Shown: piece after piece, positions 19,983 to 30,349 of the stretch | How the letters are laid out: each line of letters starts with the position of its first letter | Position numbering within the stretch: position 1 is the stretch's first letter | Source: an uncultured delta proteobacterium | Lineage (GTDB): Bacteria > Desulfobacterota > Binatia > UBA9968 | Assembly: GCA_963745835.1 (NCBI GenBank) | Contig: CAVUZH010000008.1 | Coordinates: forward strand, 64,001-128,000 | Reading direction: 5' to 3' | DNA: 64,000 nucleotides | Translations under genes and position numbers: made by a program | Notes under the pieces: generated by a model | What the model saw: the letters and a program-made list of their open reading frames with translations, nothing else | Database searches by the model: none | What the model was told of the DNA's origin: nothing

Positions 19983-20255
19983 CTATATCACGACTTTTTC
20001 TCTGGGAGTCGGGTCTGTGTACTCCCAAACTTCTTCTGCTCCATTGCGGGAGAAGCTCTTTGATACGTTTGAGAGCGGCGTCGGTGAGATGCGGGGAGCA
20101 GAAAACGCAGGGACCTTCCCTCTGTAAAGTCTGATCGAACGATCCACCTTTTGAAGTAACCGAAGCAGCAATTTAGTAAGAAAATACCCGATGATCGCTG
20201 ATGTTGCGATCATGGCTGCTGCTGCAATAAGGAAGTGACCTAGCACAACCATCAT
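19983..20255 (-). CDS. Small hypothetical membrane protein
   Basis: GGAG RBS before ATG and one strong N-terminal TM followed by basic residues. The C-terminal half is doubtful. Confidence 0.4.
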   Translation of the reverse strand: MMVVLGHFLIAAAAMIATSAIIGYFLTKLLLRLLQKVDRSIRLYRGKVPAFSAPRISPTPLSNVSKSFSRNGAEEVWEYTDPTPREKVVI

Positions 20256-20881
20256 AATGTTTTCTCCGCCGCAAACGCGTCCGCCCGCCGGTATGGTATC
20301 TGGCCATACCGCAACTCCAACGCCTTACTGTGTATGTCGTTACTAAGCCGCCGTTGCATTCCGTCTCGGCTGCGACGGATTGGAAGTGGTCGAAAGTATT
20401 CTCCAAGGCTTCCTAATCTCGTGTTCCTAAAGGCCCCAGGTAGTGCTCGCGGCTAGAACAGAGAAACTATGATCCGCCCGTCGGAGCAGCGACCGAAGCG
20501 ATTAGCGGCTAGCAAAAGGGTCAATCCGTTAGGGCTCTATCACGGGTCGATTTGCTACCTTGCACATCCCTGCAGAGGGATTGCTGTCCAATACTGAACA
20601 AAAGAATCAATCTTGAGAATCTCCCAGTAGAAGCAAACCACTCAAGGCAGGATTGCGGGTTCAAATCAGCTTGTGGTGCCGTTGCGCACCACAAGCCGAT
20701 GGTATGTGATATCAGAGGGATATCGGTCGGCAAACAGCCAGGAGAGCATCAGTCTCCATTGAGGCGCTTGTCAATCTTGCCCTGAAGACAATCTGCGCTC
20801 TGGCAGGAAATCGAGATAGCGACGAACTCTCCTCGAGATACACCTCATCATCGTCAAGGTAATTCCACCTCGCAGAACTCC

Positions 20882-21112
20882 TCAAGTTTTTTGGTTCTTG
20901 TCGATCCACTCCTGTGCTTTTTGCACCGCGAAACAGTCGGCCTCGTTTTTAGTGGGCAATGTATGAGTGAATTGATACTGATGCGACGGGAAATCATTTG
21001 ATTCAGTTACCTGCCGGGTGATTGTGTATTGCGGAACCCAGCTGCCGTGCTTCTCGCGCTGAAATGATTCACAATCGATGAAATAATTTTTGTATCGAAG
21101 ATTATTGTTCAC
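20882..21112 (-). CDS. Small 'YK...PTKxEA...WID' protein, paralog of 14887-15117
   Basis: 76 aa from GTG, directly downstream of the GH130 gene. Confidence 0.7.
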   Translation of the reverse strand: MNNNLRYKNYFIDCESFQREKHGSWVPQYTITRQVTESNDFPSHQYQFTHTLPTKNEADCFAVQKAQEWIDKNQKT

Positions 21113-21166
21113 GGTGACCTCGATCGAGACGCTCGCAATCACGCCCGCCGCGTTTAAAAAAGATTT

Positions 21167-22126
21167 CTAGCGCTCGACAATTTTTGATTGATGCTTCTCA
21201 AGCCACTCCAGCATCGCGCGCAAACTACCTGTCGCCAGCCCGATGCTGGTATCCGCAGCGCCGTAATATATCCGAACAGTATCGCCGTCAGGCGCTAACG
21301 TGTACCCGCATGGAAATACCACGTTGTCGACGTCGCCGCGCTGCTCGTAGGTTTCTTGCGGGCCGAAAATCCATTCGTCGCCGCGTTTCAAGCAATGTTC
21401 CGGGGCGTACAAATCAAATAGAGCAAGCCCCAGTCGGTAGATGGAGCCCGCCGCGGTATGGCGTACGCCATGGTAAATCACCAGCCATCCTTGAGGGGTT
21501 TCGATCGGTGGCGGTGAGAGACCGATTTTATTGGCATCCCACCATGCTCCGCGACGTGCCTCCAACATCAACTTGTGATTGCCCCAGTGGCGCAGGTCCG
21601 GCGAATAAGACAACCACATGTGCGCTCGTGGAGCACTGACCGGGCGGTGGATCAAGGCCCACTGCCCTTCGATCCGGTAGGGAAGCAAAGCCGCATCCTT
21701 GTCTTCCGGAGGCATGATGACGCCGTAGCGCTCGAATTTATGAAAATCTTCTGTGAGCGCAAGTGAAACTCCCGGCCCATCGCGTGTGAAAGCGGTATAA
21801 ACGACAGCATATTTGCTCAACTCAGGGACATAGGTAATGCGTGGATCTTCGATGCCCCATAGCTCTTCGGGGAACTGTTCAGGGTCGGCTCGGAAAGTAG
21901 GCCGTGATTCGATCTGCCAATTGTCCACGCCGTTGGTAGAACGAGCGACAGTCAGATGAGAATGGCCGCGCCTGTCTTCGACGCGACACAACAGCAGAGT
22001 CGTGCCATCCGGGAGCAACGTCGCGCCCGGATTAAAAACGCTGTTGATTGGATAGGGCCAATTGGTAGCGCTCAATATAGGATTGGTTTTCTCACGGCGA
22101 AAAAGTTCCTGATGTTGGTTGGTCAT
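21167..22126 (-). CDS. GH130-family glycosidase/phosphorylase (5-bladed beta-propeller)
   Basis: SVFNPGA, GIEDPRIT, EDKDAAL, HRP, YHGV, VVFPCG, YYGAAD. Confidence 0.92.
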   Translation of the reverse strand: MTNQHQELFRREKTNPILSATNWPYPINSVFNPGATLLPDGTTLLLCRVEDRRGHSHLTVARSTNGVDNWQIESRPTFRADPEQFPEELWGIEDPRITYVPELSKYAVVYTAFTRDGPGVSLALTEDFHKFERYGVIMPPEDKDAALLPYRIEGQWALIHRPVSAPRAHMWLSYSPDLRHWGNHKLMLEARRGAWWDANKIGLSPPPIETPQGWLVIYHGVRHTAAGSIYRLGLALFDLYAPEHCLKRGDEWIFGPQETYEQRGDVDNVVFPCGYTLAPDGDTVRIYYGAADTSIGLATGSLRAMLEWLEKHQSKIVER

Positions 22127-24411
22127 CGAGCTCCTGTTTCAACGGATAGTAAGGTCGTCTCAGCCAAGCGCAGTTCGAGCACCGCCTGGAGAAAGGCGAG
22201 CGAGGATTCAGCGCCTTGATTTTCGTTCGGGCGATCCGGATGCAAGCCGTCGCGGCATCCGCCGGTTGTCGGATCGTAAATCGGCAGATTCAAATCGTTG
22301 CGCCCGAGAAACCAGTCGAAGGCGCGCCGCGCTTCTTTGTGCCAATTCTTATCTCCCGTCACCCGATGTGCTGCGAGGCAGGCCGATACCATGGCTTGCG
22401 CCTCCACCGGCTGCTGATCGAAGCGCGCACGCTCGCCTCCGCGGCGATAAAATCCATTCGAACCGATAGGCACGAAATGACCTCCACTGGTGTCGGCGCG
22501 CTGCAAATTGGCCAACCATTTGAGCGAGTCCAGAGCGGCGTCGGTCATGGAATTGTTCGGCATTCCGTGTCCGCACAAAAGTAATGCATGCGGCAGCGCG
22601 GCATTGCAGTAGGTCAGCGACTCCTCATACCAGTGCCACTCCTCCGCGCGATTTTTTTGATACAACCTGAGCAGCCGCCCGGCCAATTCCTCACGCGTTT
22701 GGGTGACTCTGCGGTCACCGGCAAAGCGGTGCAGATATTCATCGATGCCGATCAGCGCGAACGCCCATGCCCGTGGGCTAGTAGTCTTCAGAATGGCGGG
22801 TAGCGCTTTTTCGAAGACCCAGCCGGCCATACTCTGGAGAGCAGGCGTATTGGAGCGGCCCAGCACGGTACCTAGCGCCCATAAGGTTCGGCCGTGGCTG
22901 TCGTCGGAACCATTTTTTTCCAACCAGTTGCGCTGATAGCTCATAAAGTTGCGAAAGCGCCGGGTTTCGGTATTGAAGGCATACCAGACAAAGGCGAAAT
23001 AACGTGAGGTTAAGTCCGCCGTTTCTTCAGTGCCAAGTTCTTCTAACAGCGTGCTCACCATCAAAGCGCGAGCGTTATCGTCGATCGTGTAGCCTTCGCA
23101 ATAGTTGGGCACGGTAAATATAGCATGCTGCAACATGCCGGTGTCGTCGGTCATACGGCGTAAGTGATCAAGTTTCAGGGGCGGCAGCTCGGCCGGACTT
23201 TTATCCAACGCTTTGACCACGAAGCCGGGAGGACTGAAGTGGCGCCGTTCTACTTTAGCCCGTTGAAAACTATTCATGTATTGACGCGCGACTTGCGGCC
23301 AGATCATCTCGCGGCCGTACAGATAGGCGCGCTTGCGCATGCCGTTGCGCTTCGCCTCGTTGTCCAATAATTCAATCACCTGCTCGGCCAACGCCGTCGA
23401 ATCTCGAAACGGTACCAGCGCGCCGCGCTCTTCGGCCAGCATCTCTTCGGCATGCCAGTACGGGGTCGAAATAACGGCCTTGCCAGCACCCACGGTATAA
23501 GCGAGCGTACCGGAGACGATCTGGGCGGGATTGAGATAAGGGGTGATGTAAATATCCGTGACGCCGATAAACTCAACGAGCTCCTCTAAACTGACAAACC
23601 GGTTGTAGAAGATCACCTGACCTTCTACGCCTTTCTCTTGGGCCAGCCACTGCAGTGACAAACGATAGGCTTCGCCGTCGTGCCTCAAAACGTGGGGATG
23701 AGTGGCCCCGACGATAAAATACACCACGTTCGGATGTTTGGCCAAAATAGCGGGCAGAGCGGCAATGACATTCTCGATTCCCTTGTTCGCCGACAGCAAA
23801 CCAAAACTGAGCAAAACCGTTTTGCCTTCGACGCCGAAAAGGTCTTTGTGAAAACTAGGATCGACAAAAGGGATGTCCGGAATACCGTGCGGAATTATAT
23901 CGATCTTGTCCGGCAATACATGGTAAATTTCTTCGAGGAATTCCGCTCCTCGCTTAGTCATGACGACCAACCGATCCGACAATGCGGCAACTTCTTCCAG
24001 AACCCGGCGTTGATGTTGGTCCGGTTCGCGCAATATTGTGTGCAGGGTCGTCACAATGGGCATGCGCAGCTCACGCAGCAGCGCCAGGATGTGGGACCCT
24101 GTCCGTCCACCGAAGATGCCGTACTCAAATTGCAGAGATACCAGATCCACGCTGTTGATGTTCAAGAAGTCGGCGCCACGCCGATACGACTCGATATCTT
24201 TCTCCACCAGCTCGAAGCGAACACGTGAAGGATAGGCATAGCCGCCTTCGATATCGTTAACCGGCACGGCAATGCAGGTCGTGTCACTGTGTTCGGCGGC
24301 GATAGCTTCGCACAAGTCCGTCGTGAACGTGGCGATGCCGCATTGGCGCGGCAGGTAATTGCCAATGAATGCGATGCGTTTGATGGGGGAAGGGCTTGAG
24401 TTCTGTTCCAT
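22123..24411 (-). CDS. GT4 glycosyltransferase fused to a C-terminal (alpha/alpha)6 glycosidase-like domain
   Basis: PRQCGIATFT, IPHG, FGLLSANKG, SGTLAY..GAGKAVISTPY, then GMLQHA, GYTIDDNARAL, FDQQPVE, NQGAES. Overlaps the GH130 start by 4 bp. Confidence 0.92.
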   Translation of the reverse strand: MEQNSSPSPIKRIAFIGNYLPRQCGIATFTTDLCEAIAAEHSDTTCIAVPVNDIEGGYAYPSRVRFELVEKDIESYRRGADFLNINSVDLVSLQFEYGIFGGRTGSHILALLRELRMPIVTTLHTILREPDQHQRRVLEEVAALSDRLVVMTKRGAEFLEEIYHVLPDKIDIIPHGIPDIPFVDPSFHKDLFGVEGKTVLLSFGLLSANKGIENVIAALPAILAKHPNVVYFIVGATHPHVLRHDGEAYRLSLQWLAQEKGVEGQVIFYNRFVSLEELVEFIGVTDIYITPYLNPAQIVSGTLAYTVGAGKAVISTPYWHAEEMLAEERGALVPFRDSTALAEQVIELLDNEAKRNGMRKRAYLYGREMIWPQVARQYMNSFQRAKVERRHFSPPGFVVKALDKSPAELPPLKLDHLRRMTDDTGMLQHAIFTVPNYCEGYTIDDNARALMVSTLLEELGTEETADLTSRYFAFVWYAFNTETRRFRNFMSYQRNWLEKNGSDDSHGRTLWALGTVLGRSNTPALQSMAGWVFEKALPAILKTTSPRAWAFALIGIDEYLHRFAGDRRVTQTREELAGRLLRLYQKNRAEEWHWYEESLTYCNAALPHALLLCGHGMPNNSMTDAALDSLKWLANLQRADTSGGHFVPIGSNGFYRRGGERARFDQQPVEAQAMVSACLAAHRVTGDKNWHKEARRAFDWFLGRNDLNLPIYDPTTGGCRDGLHPDRPNENQGAESSLAFLQAVLELRLAETTLLSVETGAR

Positions 24412-24465
24412 AACGAAATCTTCTTCTTGGCAGCCGCGACGTTTTTATTTTCCGATGAAAAACGT

Positions 24466-24497
24466 AAAGAGGCGGTTACCCTAGGGGCCGCCTCTTT
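24466..24497. terminator. Hairpin about 55 bp upstream of the GT4 start
   Basis: AAAGAGGCGG...CCGCCTCTTT inverted repeat. Role (terminator or leader structure) is unclear. Confidence 0.45.
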
Positions 24498-24839
24498 GAA
24501 ACTCGGCCGAATTGGACCGAGCGAATTCAATTTTGGACTTTGGCTTGCCAGTAGTTACATCGCTGCTGACTATAACAGACCCCGACGATAAAGATACCCC
24601 TGAAGTCAACACGTATCGAATGCTATACCGTAAAGATTGATACTTCGCGCGGATTGACCTCTCACCACCGCCGACCCGCTTGGCTGAAACCGTTCACTTT
24701 TGAGGTGAGGGCTCGTGGCTCAGCGCCCAAAGAAGAGTCGGCGTGACGGATCTAAATTCTTCCACATGTGAAGCAATCGGTTCAGCATCGATCTGAATCA
24801 ACGCTGGATGAGGACGCGAGATAGCCGAAAGGGCTTTAC

Positions 24840-24877
24840 AAAAAAATAGGGGGCACCCGACCGTTGCCCCCTATTTT
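24840..24877 (-). terminator. Rho-independent terminator of the RRM gene
   Basis: AAAATAGGGGGCA...TGCCCCCTATTTT stem, with an A-run giving a U-tail on the minus strand. Confidence 0.8.
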
Positions 24878-24900
24878 GATCCCCTTAGAGGACTGAGAAA

Positions 24901-25212
24901 TTACCAGCGGTTACGCCCGCCATCGCGGTTACCGCGGCCTTCGCCGCCCCCGCCATCGCGCCTGGCCTGCGGCTTGGCTTCATTAACAGTCAGAGTGCGG
25001 CCATCCAATTGTGTACCATTAATTGCGGAAATTGCTCTTTGCGCCTCGCCAGACGAGCTCATCTCGACAAAACCGAAACCTCGTGATTGCCCGGTAAATT
25101 TATCCGAGATGACATTCGCGGATTCCACCGTACCGTGCGCCGAAAAAAGTTCTTGTAAGCGTCCTTCGGTTACGGAATAAGGCAATCCGCCGACATATAA
25201 TTTACTACCCAT
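24901..25212 (-). CDS. RRM (RNP-1) RNA-binding protein with Gly/Arg tail
   Basis: KLYVGGL (RNP2), RGFGFVEM (RNP1), LTVNEA. AGGAGG RBS. Confidence 0.96.
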   Translation of the reverse strand: MGSKLYVGGLPYSVTEGRLQELFSAHGTVESANVISDKFTGQSRGFGFVEMSSSGEAQRAISAINGTQLDGRTLTVNEAKPQARRDGGGGEGRGNRDGGRNRW

Positions 25213-25412
25213 GTTCTCCTCCTATGAGAGAGTGTTATTGTCTTTGACCCTGAGAACCGCACTGCAAATGGGCAGAACATGGGTAAACTGGGATTCTACC
25301 ACGCTCCGGTCGGATTCTCATTCATAGATTGCTTCGCAAGGAGAGAGACTGATCAGAGGCCTTCGCGCCTTTTATTTTCCTCAGAAGGCCTTTTACTGAA
25401 GAAGATAACTTC

Positions 25413-25441
25413 AACCTATGTATAAACCGCAATGATGTCAA
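25413..25441 (-). promoter_or_regulatory. Sigma70-like promoter of the RRM gene
   Basis: Minus strand TTGACA-17 nt-TAGGTT, implying a leader of about 195 nt. Confidence 0.6.
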
Positions 25442-25535
25442 CTAAGTTCCAAACGGCTATTGCAGCGGCGACACACGTTCTGCAGAGGCGCAGACGTGCC
25501 GGAGAACTGGTTAGTTGCCGAGGACAGCGGTCTTC

Positions 25536-25724
25536 TCAAACGGCAGGAGAAGAGTGCAGGCTTGCCCTGGAGGTCATTCGGTCGCCGGTCATGGGATCGT
25601 CCTCCAAGGGCGGCCCGCCTTTTACCTTTTCCGTTTTCCGTTGTATCCGGCGCGCAGCCTTGTCCTTTTTCTTTTGTGAGCGCGCCAACTCTTTCTGACG
25701 CTTCTGATATGTTTGATTTCCCAT
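25536..25724 (-). CDS. Small basic hypothetical protein
   Basis: MGNQTYQKRQKELARSQKKKDKAARRIQRK, a Lys/Arg-rich helix directly upstream of the RRM gene. Confidence 0.55.
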   Translation of the reverse strand: MGNQTYQKRQKELARSQKKKDKAARRIQRKTEKVKGGPPLEDDPMTGDRMTSRASLHSSPAV

Positions 25725-25794
25725 AGCCGCACCATAGCAGATACCGGCGTGGATGGAAATCGTTAGCAATAAAGGCCTATTGCGGTACACAGCT

Positions 25795-26238
25795 TTATGC
25801 GATGTCATCCATCGTGTTATCGGAAAATTCGGCCTCGAATATTTCGGCCAGAATGCGACATATATCCGTTGCCGATACGATACCCGCAAGTTTTTCGTGA
25901 TGAAGAACGATGACGGAGCCTATGTGCCGTTTTGCCATTTCAAGAGCAATCTCGTTCAGCGGCGCATCGAATGAAACAACGTACGGATCAGCGATCATGA
26001 TATCGCGAGCTCGAATCTGCTCCTTTTGTGCCTGTGTCAAAAAGCGTTCGAGCAAACGATAGAGATCCCGTTCCGAGATGATTCCGACCACTCGACCATC
26101 CTGTTGGACGGGAATATGACGAATGTGATGCTCATCCATCAGACGCTCGACTTCTGCAATCGTATCATCGCTATCAACGCAGTATGGAAACGGCGTCATA
26201 ACCGATCCTACTTGGGGAATTTTTTTATATTTTTTCAT
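25795..26238 (-). CDS. CBS-pair domain protein
   Basis: VGSVMTP, IRHIPV, VVGIISERDL, LAGIVSATDI. Confidence 0.9.
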   Translation of the reverse strand: MKKYKKIPQVGSVMTPFPYCVDSDDTIAEVERLMDEHHIRHIPVQQDGRVVGIISERDLYRLLERFLTQAQKEQIRARDIMIADPYVVSFDAPLNEIALEMAKRHIGSVIVLHHEKLAGIVSATDICRILAEIFEAEFSDNTMDDIA

Positions 26239-26801
26239 AATCACTGCTCTGTTAGGGCCATACTATTTATGGCGCGTGATCGGTGCGCTCGCGGCTGATC
26301 TGCCCGGCACACGTCCACCCGACGGACGATGGATAATTTGGCGTTTGCCGCCAGAGGTAAACTAGACTGCTCCGAGGCCTTTCACAACCGCTTGAGGTTG
26401 ACTCCCCACTTCGAGCCGAACCATCTCCACTCACACCGGCAGACGCGTTGTTGATTAGTCTGCGATACTTCGACGAGTAGCTAGGTGTCTATTGCAACAT
26501 GGACTTATTAGGTCCACACTCAATCTGCTCTTCCGTTACGAGTCTACCCGCAGGCGATTAATGAGTCAGGGCGGGTTATTCGGAGAGACCTTCACGAAAA
26601 GTCATCCGCGGCGGTGATCAGTCAATTGGCCGCGTACAGTTCTCGTCTCAGCGACGGCATATCAACGCAAGGTCAGGGCGATCCATAGCGGAACATCGTC
26701 CTCTCCTTCCAGGAATCAGACACTCGCTTACACCAACGATCGGACCTGCTGGCATCGCTCCGACACGGTGTAGGTCGTCGCTGGGTATCAAGGAGGCTTT
26801 T

Positions 26802-27309
26802 ACGTCACTACTAAACCAGTTGCCTGAAAACGTGTTGACCACGAAGGTAGACGATCTTCTTAATTGGGGCCGAGCCTCGTCGCAGTGGTACATGCTTTTC
26901 GGCTTGGCCTGCTGCGCCATCGAGTTAATGCAAACGGGAGGACCACGCGCTGATGTCGACCGATTCGGCGCGGTCCCGCGCGCCACGCCTCGCCAATCGG
27001 ATTTGATGATCGTGGCAGGAACCCTCACTTATAAAATGGCCAAGCGTACCAAGCTTCTCTATGATCAGATGCCGGATCCCAAATACGTCATTGCAATGGG
27101 AAGCTGCGCCAGCTGTGGTGGACTTTTTCAGTTGGCCTACTCGGTTTGTAAAGGCGTCGACAAGATCGTCCCCGTCGACGTCTACGTTCCTGGATGCCCG
27201 CCAAGGCCTGAAGCGCTTAACAGAAGGCTTGCTGAGGATTCAGGATAAGATTATGCGGGAAAAATGGCTCGTTAAGAAAACTCATCACGAGCCGGAGCTG
27301 GCAATCTAA
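26802..27309 (+). pseudogene. nuoB: Orphan NADH-quinone oxidoreductase subunit B; start codon reads ACG, frameshift near 27218
   Basis: [44 protein letters not shown]. The continuation [11 protein letters not shown] is in another frame. AAGGAGG precedes ACG-TCA-CTA-CTA-AAC. Confidence 0.85.
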
Positions 27310-27327
27310 GCAAAGGAGATACTCAAT

Positions 27328-27654
27328 ATGGTCGGGGAAATTACCCTCAGCGATCGCGCCGCCGAAAAGATTCGGCAACTTCTCGCTGGAAACAGCGACG
27401 AAAAGGGGTTGCGTCTCAAAGTTGTCGCCGGCGGCTGTTCGGGCTTTGAGTACAAGATGGCTATCGATGCACCCGCAGCGCAAGATCGGATCATTGAGAA
27501 AAACGGCGCGCGCATCTTGCTTGATGCAACTAGCGCCGTTCATCTGAACGGAACGGAGCTCGATTATAAAGACGACCTAATGCAATCGGGCTTCATATTT
27601 ATCAATCCCAACGTGAAGAGCACCTGTGGATGTGGCACCTCTTTTAGCGCCTGA
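27328..27654 (+). CDS. A-type Fe-S carrier (IscA/ErpA/HesB family)
   Basis: GGCSGFEY, NPN...CGCGTSF. Confidence 0.95.
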   Translation: MVGEITLSDRAAEKIRQLLAGNSDEKGLRLKVVAGGCSGFEYKMAIDAPAAQDRIIEKNGARILLDATSAVHLNGTELDYKDDLMQSGFIFINPNVKSTCGCGTSFSA

Positions 27655-27760
27655 ATCACTGGGATTGGGAAGCAAAGGGGCCGACGAGTAGATCAGAATT
27701 AGATTGAGGCGGAATGCAATTTTGCGTCAGGCGAAGAGTTATTAAAAATGAGGTAGAGCC

Positions 27761-28099
27761 ATGAAGAATCAAAATCGCTTCGGTGAAAACGTAGAATTTG
27801 ACGAGAGAGCCAACGAAGACAGGTATTTTGCGTTAAAAGAGCATGAACGCATTGACGAGATGAAGGTCGACTTTCAAAACGCTGAAGCAGCCAGACGGGA
27901 AAGACAGGTCGGTAACTGTCCCATGTGCGCGGGCAAACTCGAAAAGTATGGCTTTATGGGCTTCGTCCTACACCGCTGTGACAGCTGTCAAGGCATTTGG
28001 CTAAAACCAGCCGAGCTGCATGGAATTATGAGAAAGGCGGCGCGCGGTCCCTTGGGCGCGTTTTTCGATCGCTGCTTTGCAAAGGTTGACCAGAATTAA
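27761..28099 (+). CDS. zf-TFIIB-like zinc-ribbon protein
   Basis: CPMC...RCDSCQGIWL..EL with an N-terminal EDRYF helix. Confidence 0.8.
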   Translation: MKNQNRFGENVEFDERANEDRYFALKEHERIDEMKVDFQNAEAARRERQVGNCPMCAGKLEKYGFMGFVLHRCDSCQGIWLKPAELHGIMRKAARGPLGAFFDRCFAKVDQN

Positions 28100-28345
28100 A
28101 TAGGCGTATCTACCTGATCTAACGACGAATTCCTCAGAAAGCAGCAGAGCCTGACCAGCCCAGAAACTCAATTACGCTGCTTGCCGGCCAACTCACCTTG
28201 ATGCCGCGGCGTAACCGCCGACCAGCTTCTCGAGTCTTGAGATTCTGAAGCGTTCACTATTAGACAGCAATTACATCGATGCCGGTGTACTCTTAAAATT
28301 TACCGGAGACCGCTAACGAGTCTCCTGAATAGGAAAACTGCAGCC

Positions 28346-29803
28346 ATGAACACTGCCACACAAACCACTGAGGACCTGGTCAACCAGGAGTATAAGTATG
28401 GGTTTGTTACGGAAATCGAAACTGACACCGTGCCGCGCGGCCTCAACGAGGCAACTGTCCGCTTGATTTCGGCCAAAAAGAACGAACCGAGTTTTATGCT
28501 CGATTGGCGTCTAAAGGCCTACCGCCACTGGGTCAAGTTGGCAAAGTCCCAGGCAGAGCCAAAATGGGCCAATGTCCACTATCCGGCGATCGACTATCAG
28601 GACCTCATCTACTATTCCGCGCCCAAGACTAACGTGGGCCTAAAGAGTCTCGACGAGGTAGATCCCAAGCTGCTCGAGACCTATGACAAGCTCGGTATTC
28701 CGCTGTTGGAGCAAAAGTGGCTGACCGGGGTCGCCGTCGACGCAGTATTCGACAGCGTTTCGGTAGCGACGACATTCAAGGAAAAGCTGGCGTCATTGGG
28801 TGTTATCTTTTGTTCATTTTCCGAAGCGGTGCAGAAGCATCCAGTGATTGTTAGAAAATATCTTGGATCGGTGGTGCCGTACAGCGATAACTTTTTCGCC
28901 GCCTTGAACGCCGCTGTCTTCAGTGATGGATCGTTCTGTTACATCCCCAGAGGCGTGCGCTGTCCGATGGAGCTTTCGACCTACTTTCGCATCAATGCCG
29001 CTGAAACAGGGCAATTTGAGCGCACCTTGATCATTGCCGATGAAGGCAGTTCCGTCAGCTACCTTGAGGGCTGCACTGCGCCGATGCGCGATGAGAATCA
29101 ACTGCATGCCGCCGTGGTGGAGCTGGTTGCCCTGGATAACGCCCAGATCAAGTACTCGACCGTACAGAACTGGTATCCGGGCGACAAGGACGGTAAAGGC
29201 GGAATCTACAATTTTGTCACCAAGCGCGGCAAGTGCCTGGGCAACAACTCCAAGATCTCTTGGACCCAGGTCGAGACCGGCTCGGCAATTACCTGGAAGT
29301 ATCCCAGCTGTATACTGCAGGGCGACAACTCGGTGGGTGAATTTTACTCGGTGGCACTCACTAACAACTATCAGCAGGCGGATACCGGCACCAAGATGAT
29401 CCATATCGGCAAGAACACCAAGAGCACGATTATTTCGAAGGGGATCTCGGCCGGCCATGGACAGAACACCTATCGGGGGCTAGTGAAAGTCATGAAGGGC
29501 GCTGCCGGTGCTCGCAACTATTCGCAATGTGATTCGTTGCTGCTGGGCGATAAATGCGGCGCGCATACCTTCCCCTACCTTGAGGTGATGAACAACTCAT
29601 CACAGGTGGAGCATGAGGCCTCGACATCGAGAATCGGTGAGGATCAGCTTTTCTACTGCCGGCAGCGCGGCATTTCGCCTGAAGACGCTGTCACTCTCAT
29701 CGTCAATGGTTTCTGTAAACAGGTCTTTCGCGAACTGCCGATGGAATTTGCCGTCGAGGCGCAGAAACTTCTGGGCGTGAGTCTTGAGGGTAGTGTCGGC
29801 TAA
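28346..29803 (+). CDS. sufB: Fe-S cluster assembly protein SufB
   Basis: [68 protein letters not shown]. Confidence 0.97.
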   Translation: MNTATQTTEDLVNQEYKYGFVTEIETDTVPRGLNEATVRLISAKKNEPSFMLDWRLKAYRHWVKLAKSQAEPKWANVHYPAIDYQDLIYYSAPKTNVGLKSLDEVDPKLLETYDKLGIPLLEQKWLTGVAVDAVFDSVSVATTFKEKLASLGVIFCSFSEAVQKHPVIVRKYLGSVVPYSDNFFAALNAAVFSDGSFCYIPRGVRCPMELSTYFRINAAETGQFERTLIIADEGSSVSYLEGCTAPMRDENQLHAAVVELVALDNAQIKYSTVQNWYPGDKDGKGGIYNFVTKRGKCLGNNSKISWTQVETGSAITWKYPSCILQGDNSVGEFYSVALTNNYQQADTGTKMIHIGKNTKSTIISKGISAGHGQNTYRGLVKVMKGAAGARNYSQCDSLLLGDKCGAHTFPYLEVMNNSSQVEHEASTSRIGEDQLFYCRQRGISPEDAVTLIVNGFCKQVFRELPMEFAVEAQKLLGVSLEGSVG

Positions 29804-29868
29804 AATAGATGCACAGACGGGGAACGCTATGATCAACCCACATTGGAATTTAAACATCGGAGAATGAT

Positions 29869-30294
29869 ATGTATTCCAAACGTGCCCCAGTCAGCCCAAA
29901 ACATCGCCGGTCCGAGGCTCGACAACGGCACGGCTTGCATGACCGCCGATCCGATGTAAACGCGCTTCCGGAACAGTTCTTCGATACTCGAATCAGCCTC
30001 GCTAACGTGTGCCCGGAGACAGCTCTGATGTATGCCGTGGTAGAGGATGCGTTACTCTGTTTTCAGGAAGAGTTCGCCGGCTCGCCTCATGAGCAGCGGT
30101 GCAGGGCCCAGGAGGCGGCGAGATGGTTCTTCAGCGATGATCAGCATTCGCCGTATTCGTTTGTGAGCATCTGTGTTGGGCTCGGCCTTGACGCGGAAGA
30201 GATCCGCGATAAGCTCGAATACCTGGAACAAGATATTCGAGGTAAACGATATCTAGCAAAAAGACGCTCCATCGCTCGCAACAACGACTCGTAA
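29869..30294 (+). CDS. Conserved-looking hypothetical protein
   Basis: LMYAVVEDALLCFQ...EAARWF..D...YSFVSICVGLGLD.E.IR pattern. GGAG RBS. Confidence 0.6.
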   Translation: MYSKRAPVSPKHRRSEARQRHGLHDRRSDVNALPEQFFDTRISLANVCPETALMYAVVEDALLCFQEEFAGSPHEQRCRAQEAARWFFSDDQHSPYSFVSICVGLGLDAEEIRDKLEYLEQDIRGKRYLAKRRSIARNNDS

Positions 30295-30349
30295 TCGCAC
30301 GGGGATTACCCGCCCCTCGCAATTATCGAGCTCATTGGAAGGAGCCATT

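Noticed and set aside
20640-20690. tRNA-like T-loop GGGTTCAAATC
   Set aside because: The flanks do not pair into a T-stem and no cloverleaf or acceptor stem can be formed.
26362-26373. CTAGACTGCTCC match to the ligase downstream tail
   Set aside because: Only about 12 bp with no flanking similarity, so it cannot be distinguished from chance.
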